A DNA stretch of 62,967 nt, filler included. It is 9 parts of 9 records of this genome, joined end to end, with 100 filler letters (N's around TTAATTAATTAA, not from the genome) between each part and the next. Parts side by side here need not be neighbours in the genome. Positions count along the whole stretch, not along the records: positions 55,472 to 62,967 come from SRR31156797_89040; 8 more parts are not named here. One strand, written 5' to 3'. The position numbers were made by a program, and so were the translations under genes. This document shows positions 57,509-62,967 of the stretch, piece after piece; positions within the stretch are counted from its first letter, which is position 1, and each line of letters opens with the position of its first letter. The notes beneath the pieces are model-generated. The model ran no database searches, was not told where the DNA came from, and worked only from the letters and a program-made list of their open reading frames with translations.

Positions 57509-59686
57509 TCAGACCTTAAATCTTGGCTGGAAGAGTTGCAACAATTCACGCCAACCCTGAACCAGCAGGGGCCTGGGTCGGGTTTCAAACCGGAGCACGA
57601 CACGTTGACCGGGACGAAGGCTTGACCGGCTTTCTGGAAGAGGTTCGACAATGATTTCAAAAAAAGGCTCTGCTGCCCTGCGTCCGCTGGGATCTTTCGC
57701 ATCTGTCTGTGTGGCGCCGCCCGCAGCATACCCGAGAGCCGCCGAAGGCAATTGTTCATGTCCGGCCGGCAGGATGGTTTTGATACGGCAAGGCAGGGCA
57801 ATATCGGGTCGTCCTTTGACCCGCATTTCTACCAGAGGGTGTGCCTCCTGTATCAACCGGGCCGCTTCTTTCTGACCGGCCACTGCCCGTACCTGCAGGG
57901 CCTCCAGGCTTGCCACCATACCAATGCGGTGGCCGCGTTCAAGGAACCGGCCGGTCAAGCCTTCGGCTTCCGGCGATATCCAGGTACCGGAGATGGGAGA
58001 GGTGAGGCTCAGTGCGGCCGTCTGTTGCCGGTTCCGCTCTAGTTGTTCCGCCACCGCCGCTATTTTTTCTTCCAGGACCTGGACAGCAGCGGCACCCTGG
58101 GTCTGGGCCATCTGCCGGCGGATGTTTAAGTGCCGCAGGTCGGCCAGAAGACTTTTTCTCTGCATGTCAACCACTGGATTTTCCGCTTGAATCAGCCTGG
58201 ATTTTTTGGATTCGATCCAGGTGCCGCTCTTTTGGATCGTATGGACAAAACCGGCTGTCTGGATGTATATTTCGGCGAAAATGGCCGGCTCGACCACCCC
58301 CTCAATCCGGCACCGGTCCGGCAGGTTCACCAACCCAACGGCTGTAACCAGGCCGGCTGAGGCCAGAATGGATGTGGCAACGGCCCGCGGCCGGACCCGG
58401 ATCAATTCACGGCTGGTCGTAAGATAGCGGATTAATTTGCCGGCGGGCACAACCACCCAGCTGAAAAACAGGAGCGCCGCAATCACCATTCCCACCACGG
58501 CCAGTCTGCTGCCGATGGTCACGGTGATGACCACCATGATGAGCAGGCGGGTCAGGATTGATGCCAGGGCATAAAAACAGAGCCATTTTTTTTCCCCTTT
58601 TGCATGGCTCGGATCATGAGCATTATCCATGCCCCAGATATACCGTTTGATCAGGTAGGCTGCATAAAGTTTAGACCGGGGTTCAAGATTGGGAATTTCC
58701 AGCAGATCAGACAATAAATAATAGGCGTCGTACCGCAGGAAAGGATTGCCGTTGAAAAGCAGAGTGGATATACTGGCCACAAACATCAGGTTGTAGGCAA
58801 TGGCGTGGGCGGTACTGCCTTCTGCCGTCCTGGACCAGACAAAGGCAGCCACGGCAGCCACGGCAAATTCAACCATCATGCCGCTGGCGCTAACCACCAT
58901 CCTGCGAAGTTTGCTTTTAAAGGCCCATGCCCCAGAGGCGTCTACAAACGGCAAGGGGGTAAAAATCAGAAAGGTAACCCCCATTTGGTGAACTTCTCCG
59001 CCGGTGCCTTCCATCCGGCCAAAATGTTTACAGGCCAGGGCATGCCCCATTTCATGGCCTATTTTTAAAAGTACAAGGGACAGATATAAAAGCGGGATAT
59101 TTTTCGGGTTAAGCAAAGCAGATGCCTGGTTGCCTAACGCATCCACGCGGCCGAGTAACGTCCACAGGCCTGCGGCGATGACGATCAGCCACAGCATCAG
59201 ACCGGTCCGTGAAAAAAAATGTCCAAAAAAACGGCTCCATACATCCAGGAATTGATCCGGATCCCAGAGAGGAATCCGCACAAACAAAAGATTGAGTAAA
59301 AATCCCTGAACTTCACGTCGTCTGCGCTGCCGGTAACGCCGGAAAAGGGATTGGGCATCCGGCGGGATGGTGGTTTGCAGTAAATTGGCCTGGTATAACT
59401 GGCCCAATATCCGGATGACTTCGTCCTGTGTGGGGGCATCGTCTCCAAATCTATCCAAACTTTGCTGCCAGACTTGAGCTACGGTGTGCCGGCCGTCCAG
59501 CATGGCAGCAAAATAATAGGCCGTGTCGCTCAGCCGGAAAAAATCATTATTGACCGGATCCCGGAGAACCGCCCATTTTTTCCCTCTAAAAGATTGGTTC
59601 CGAACCTTGACTGAAGTCGGAAAGCATGGGGTCAAATCGGCGACGCGGTACCAGGATTCACTGAATGTTGGGCGGTTATCTGTCAA
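57509..59686 (-). CDS. PqqD-like/M50 (site-2 protease-like)/HlyD fusion membrane protein
   Basis: DP....FFRL...LDG..T N-terminus; HEMGH; NGNPFLRYDAYY; TM segments; C-terminal coiled coil and barrel. Confidence 0.85.
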   Translation of the reverse strand: MTDNRPTFSESWYRVADLTPCFPTSVKVRNQSFRGKKWAVLRDPVNNDFFRLSDTAYYFAAMLDGRHTVAQVWQQSLDRFGDDAPTQDEVIRILGQLYQANLLQTTIPPDAQSLFRRYRQRRRREVQGFLLNLLFVRIPLWDPDQFLDVWSRFFGHFFSRTGLMLWLIVIAAGLWTLLGRVDALGNQASALLNPKNIPLLYLSLVLLKIGHEMGHALACKHFGRMEGTGGEVHQMGVTFLIFTPLPFVDASGAWAFKSKLRRMVVSASGMMVEFAVAAVAAFVWSRTAEGSTAHAIAYNLMFVASISTLLFNGNPFLRYDAYYLLSDLLEIPNLEPRSKLYAAYLIKRYIWGMDNAHDPSHAKGEKKWLCFYALASILTRLLIMVVITVTIGSRLAVVGMVIAALLFFSWVVVPAGKLIRYLTTSRELIRVRPRAVATSILASAGLVTAVGLVNLPDRCRIEGVVEPAIFAEIYIQTAGFVHTIQKSGTWIESKKSRLIQAENPVVDMQRKSLLADLRHLNIRRQMAQTQGAAAVQVLEEKIAAVAEQLERNRQQTAALSLTSPISGTWISPEAEGLTGRFLERGHRIGMVASLEALQVRAVAGQKEAARLIQEAHPLVEMRVKGRPDIALPCRIKTILPAGHEQLPSAALGYAAGGATQTDAKDPSGRRAAEPFFEIIVEPLPESRSSLRPGQRVVLRFETRPRPLLVQGWRELLQLFQPRFKV

Positions 59687-59713
59687 TATAAATTTTCCCT
59701 TAAGACTCAGGAC

Positions 59714-61576
59714 TTAGATCCATAACACCATGCGCAACCAGTTGATAACCCGTCGGGAGGCCAGCCAGGCATATGATGCTTTTCCAACGGTTATTTTTGC
59801 CAGGCCTTCCATGCCCGGCCTCATCCATTCATGGCGCTTCTCCAGCCGAACCTTGACCCGGAATATGTTTCGCTGGTTCACCACATCGGCAACCGGACTG
59901 ATCCGTTCCACGATAAAAGCAATCTTTTGGTTGGGGTGTCCCACGGCCATCAGGTCTCCGGTCTGATCATTTTGGATGTCTGAGATGCTGTCTTCCGGCA
60001 CATAAAGCTCTGCGCGCAAGGCGTTAACCGCCGCGACTTCAAATAAAATCGTCCCGGTTGTAACCGGTGCACCGATCTGTTGCTTCAGATCTTTGGACAC
60101 GACAAGTCCAGTGATCGGTGCTGTCAGCACTCCCTGTTTTATCCGTTCTTCCAGCATCCGGATCCGGGCCGTCACTTTGTCGATCTGGGCCAGGGCAATG
60201 TGGGATTCTGCGGTTTTTCTGTCGCGAAGGGCCGCAGCATTTTTTTTCTGGTATCCGATTCGTTCCGCCTTCAAAGCGGCCAGCTCAAGACGAGGTTCAG
60301 AGACGTCAAGCCTCCCCAGTATTGTTTTTCCAGCTATCACCTGGTCGCCGGCCTCAACCGATACCGTTTTGATATAAGAGTCAAACGGGGCGACCACCAC
60401 CTGCTGGAGGGTGGCTGTGAAAGTGAACGGGGCCTTGACGCGATAATCTGCCTTTGCCGTGAACAGGAAGATCAAAAGACAGCAACCAAGCGCTGCCAGG
60501 CATTTGGCAAGGATGTGCCGGGGGGGCTGGATTCGGGTTCCGTTGGTTTTAAACAGCGGCATGAGGGGTCTTGTAAACCATCGGTTATTTTTGTAAAGCT
60601 CCATCAACCGTTGGGTAAACAGGTCTGCCGTCAGCCGGGCGGTTTCAATTTCAGCCGGGGTGAATTTTTGGTCTTTTTGCCGTTCCAGGGTCATGATCGC
60701 CTGAACACCGGTGTGGTGTCTTAAAGGAAGGCTCAACAGCGAAACCGGGCCGTGATCCGTGGAGAATTGTCCGGCAGCCCGGTTGACGCATACCGGATGG
60801 CCTTTACCCGGATAAACGATTTCAAGATCCTGGTCCAGGCATTCTTCCATGACCATCTCCAGATCCTGAACCAGTCTCATTTTGCGGTTGAACTCATGGG
60901 TATGGCTCATGGCCGTCACCCGGATATATCTGTTTTTGAGAAATCCAATGCTGACCCGGCTGCACTGCCATCGGGCGGCCATTTCGTTGCACAGCACATT
61001 GGCGGCATTTAAAAAACGGTGGGACTGGTGAAATGCGGACAGAATATCCAGAGAGGTACAGACCTGTCTCAGATTAGTCTCTTTTTGCCCCAGGGTTTGC
61101 TGCAGCGCCCGGTACTGTATCAGCAAAGGGGTCATTTCAAGCGTATTGCAACAGATCAATAACCGGTCCGATGCGTCGGACGAAAGTATAAATGCGGCTG
61201 CGGCAGCCGCTTCGCCGGTTTTAACGGGAACAACAACGATCCATGGTCCGGGGCTGCCGGGGGGAGGGTCAGAACCGCTTTCATCGGTAACGATCGTTTG
61301 TTGGGTGGACATCACCTGCCGGGCAAATACCTGGGCGGCCACGCCTACCCATGAATCGCATTTGCCCGGCTGGGTTAGAGGCGGATGGGCGGCCATAATA
61401 TCAACACGGCCTTTTGTACCGGATTGGAGCCAGACACCACCATCCGCACCAGCGGCCCGGCACTGCACCTGGATGACCCGGGCCATGAACTGGGCCTGGT
61501 TCATTTCGGGTGATAAAAGTGCCTGCCATTCTTTTAAAAATGTTCGACCAGAAAGCGTAAATTTTTGTTCAGACAC
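59714..61576 (-). CDS. GAF-domain HlyD-family periplasmic adaptor
   Basis: RVSIG...MEECLDQ GAF-like region; TM; APFD...V.AGD.V, APITG, RPGMEG. Confidence 0.85.
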   Translation of the reverse strand: MSEQKFTLSGRTFLKEWQALLSPEMNQAQFMARVIQVQCRAAGADGGVWLQSGTKGRVDIMAAHPPLTQPGKCDSWVGVAAQVFARQVMSTQQTIVTDESGSDPPPGSPGPWIVVVPVKTGEAAAAAAFILSSDASDRLLICCNTLEMTPLLIQYRALQQTLGQKETNLRQVCTSLDILSAFHQSHRFLNAANVLCNEMAARWQCSRVSIGFLKNRYIRVTAMSHTHEFNRKMRLVQDLEMVMEECLDQDLEIVYPGKGHPVCVNRAAGQFSTDHGPVSLLSLPLRHHTGVQAIMTLERQKDQKFTPAEIETARLTADLFTQRLMELYKNNRWFTRPLMPLFKTNGTRIQPPRHILAKCLAALGCCLLIFLFTAKADYRVKAPFTFTATLQQVVVAPFDSYIKTVSVEAGDQVIAGKTILGRLDVSEPRLELAALKAERIGYQKKNAAALRDRKTAESHIALAQIDKVTARIRMLEERIKQGVLTAPITGLVVSKDLKQQIGAPVTTGTILFEVAAVNALRAELYVPEDSISDIQNDQTGDLMAVGHPNQKIAFIVERISPVADVVNQRNIFRVKVRLEKRHEWMRPGMEGLAKITVGKASYAWLASRRVINWLRMVLWI

Positions 61577-61580
61577 TAAA

Positions 61581-62483
61581 CTATTTATCCTGGTCTGGAG
61601 CCTGAATCGTCAGATCATCAATTTTTGCTTCCGTTGCGGCCGGTGGTGTGTTGGTTTGCTGCATTGATTCATCGTCTGATACCTTTACAAGAACCCGCTC
61701 TCCGGCTTTGTGATTTGTCGGATTCGGGACCTCTAATCTGACCGTGAACGTATCGCTGGCTGCATCCACCACAGAAGAAATATGGATGATGTTACCATCA
61801 GTTGATTCCCCACCATCATCGCTGGTAAATGAAACGGGAAGGGATTGACCCAGGGCCAGCTCTCTTGCCAGAGACAGGGGAACCGGAACATCAATCCAGA
61901 GCGGATCTGTCTGAATCACCTGAATGACCGGATCCAGCGACTTGACAGATTCTCCCGGACTGACCATTATTTTTTCCACATGTCCGGAAATCGGCGACAC
62001 CAATTGCATGCGGTCCAGCTGGCTTACAGCCTGACGGTAACGGCGTTGGTCCTGCTCATAATCCAGTTTGGCGGCCTGAAGGGCGAGTCTCGCGATCCGG
62101 GCGTTTAATTCGGCATGTTCAAGTTCCCATCTGGTAACGGCGCCTTTATTGTGCGCGGAATTCATTTTTTTTAGATCAACCGTTTTCTGATTGAGTTCAG
62201 CCGTTGCCATTTGGATCCGGGTTTTATTCTCGGCATTGGCTTTCAACTCTTCAACTTTTATTTTTTCAGCCCGGTTGTCCAAGGATGCCAAAAGGGCCCC
62301 TTCTTTTACAATGTCTCCTTGTGTGACCTTAATTTCAGACACACGGCCAGTCATCACGAACGCTAATAAAATATCTGCACAGGGCATGCTGATCGTTTCC
62401 ACTTCAAGTGCAGCAGAAGATAAAGGAATCATTGAGCAAATCAACAGGGTTGCTGAAAACAACGGGATAATTCTATTCTTCAT
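61581..62483 (-). CDS. RND/HlyD membrane-fusion protein (start MKNRII)
   Basis: Signal peptide; G.V..I.V..GD.V..G, SPISG, VDAAS.T..VR. Confidence 0.85.
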   Translation of the reverse strand: MKNRIIPLFSATLLICSMIPLSSAALEVETISMPCADILLAFVMTGRVSEIKVTQGDIVKEGALLASLDNRAEKIKVEELKANAENKTRIQMATAELNQKTVDLKKMNSAHNKGAVTRWELEHAELNARIARLALQAAKLDYEQDQRRYRQAVSQLDRMQLVSPISGHVEKIMVSPGESVKSLDPVIQVIQTDPLWIDVPVPLSLARELALGQSLPVSFTSDDGGESTDGNIIHISSVVDAASDTFTVRLEVPNPTNHKAGERVLVKVSDDESMQQTNTPPAATEAKIDDLTIQAPDQDK

Positions 62484-62967
62484 AGTCACGAACCCACCTG
62501 AAGTTAGGGATAAGGGATAGGATTTTCCTTTTAGCCGGGCAAAATATAGCAAATCATGAAAAGATGATCAAGAGCCTGAAATATGGCCCCAGAGAGAATT
62601 GTACTATAAAATTGGACCGAATCCCATTGAAAAAGGGCTGAAACAGCAATCTTTTAGGCTGATTTTGAGCATACTGCACCGCAAATCTCATTAAGTGCTG
62701 AAAAAATTAATTGGAGCCTGGTTGGAAACAAAAAATAATCGAATTTTTTTGAATAAAGATAATGATGATTGTGCGACATACCCGTCACCATGGAAAGTGT
62801 TCGACAGCCTGTCGACAATGTTTGAAGCATTCCTATATTTTTAAATTGTAATATGTTAGATAATCGTCAATACGCCATTACGACGTTTGTTCAGCCGACG
62901 TTCATTTTATTTTATACTTTTTCTTTGTGAATTGATTCAGATCAAGGTTTTTGTGCTTTTTAAATCG

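Noticed and set aside
57508-57801. N-terminal 98 aa of the 760-aa SecA ORF
   Set aside because: Overlaps the M50 fusion gene; the start at 57507 fits translational coupling.
1-62967. CRISPR array or rRNA genes
   Set aside because: No regularly spaced repeats or rRNA-like sequence seen by eye.

Overview
The window is not one locus. It is nine unrelated contigs joined by eight 100-nt N/TTAATTAATTAA spacers, so no linkage should be inferred across spacers. Taxon labels below are inferred from gene content and composition. (1) 1-8080: Methanosarcinaceae-like archaeal housekeeping genes (T2/T4SS ATPase, PfkB kinase, HerA-like ATPase, dph5, thermosome). (2) 8181-13261: mosaic contig with an IPTL-CTERM gene end, an IS remnant abutting a glycosyltransferase, a secreted PI-PLC and a truncated ABC exporter. 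(3) 13362-18601: GC-rich alphaproteobacterial genes (SLT, S8 protease, DUF2336, hemerythrin, tandem Sel1). (4) 18702-26019: Desulfobacterota-like iorAB region. (5) 26120-32785: AT-rich defence island with Lamassu/ABC-3C, Abi-alpha, two candidate novel effectors, attC-like remnants and a promoter-preceded degenerate tRNA-like cloverleaf. (6) 32886-37972: Bacteroidota starch/T9SS genes. (7) 38073-47380: spirochaete-like acuI and a TRAP/dgoD/methyltransferase operon whose regulator gene is bracketed by a perfect 21-bp inverted repeat. (8) 47481-55371: pipolin-like element (DUF2787, tyrosine integrase, 1174-aa primer-independent PolB with apparent tandem C-terminal HTH modules, two long hairpins flanking int-piPolB). 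(9) 55472-62967: operon of two HlyD-like adaptors, a PqqD-M50-HlyD fusion and a short SecA paralogue, a candidate non-canonical secretion system. All family calls come from motif recognition, not database searches.
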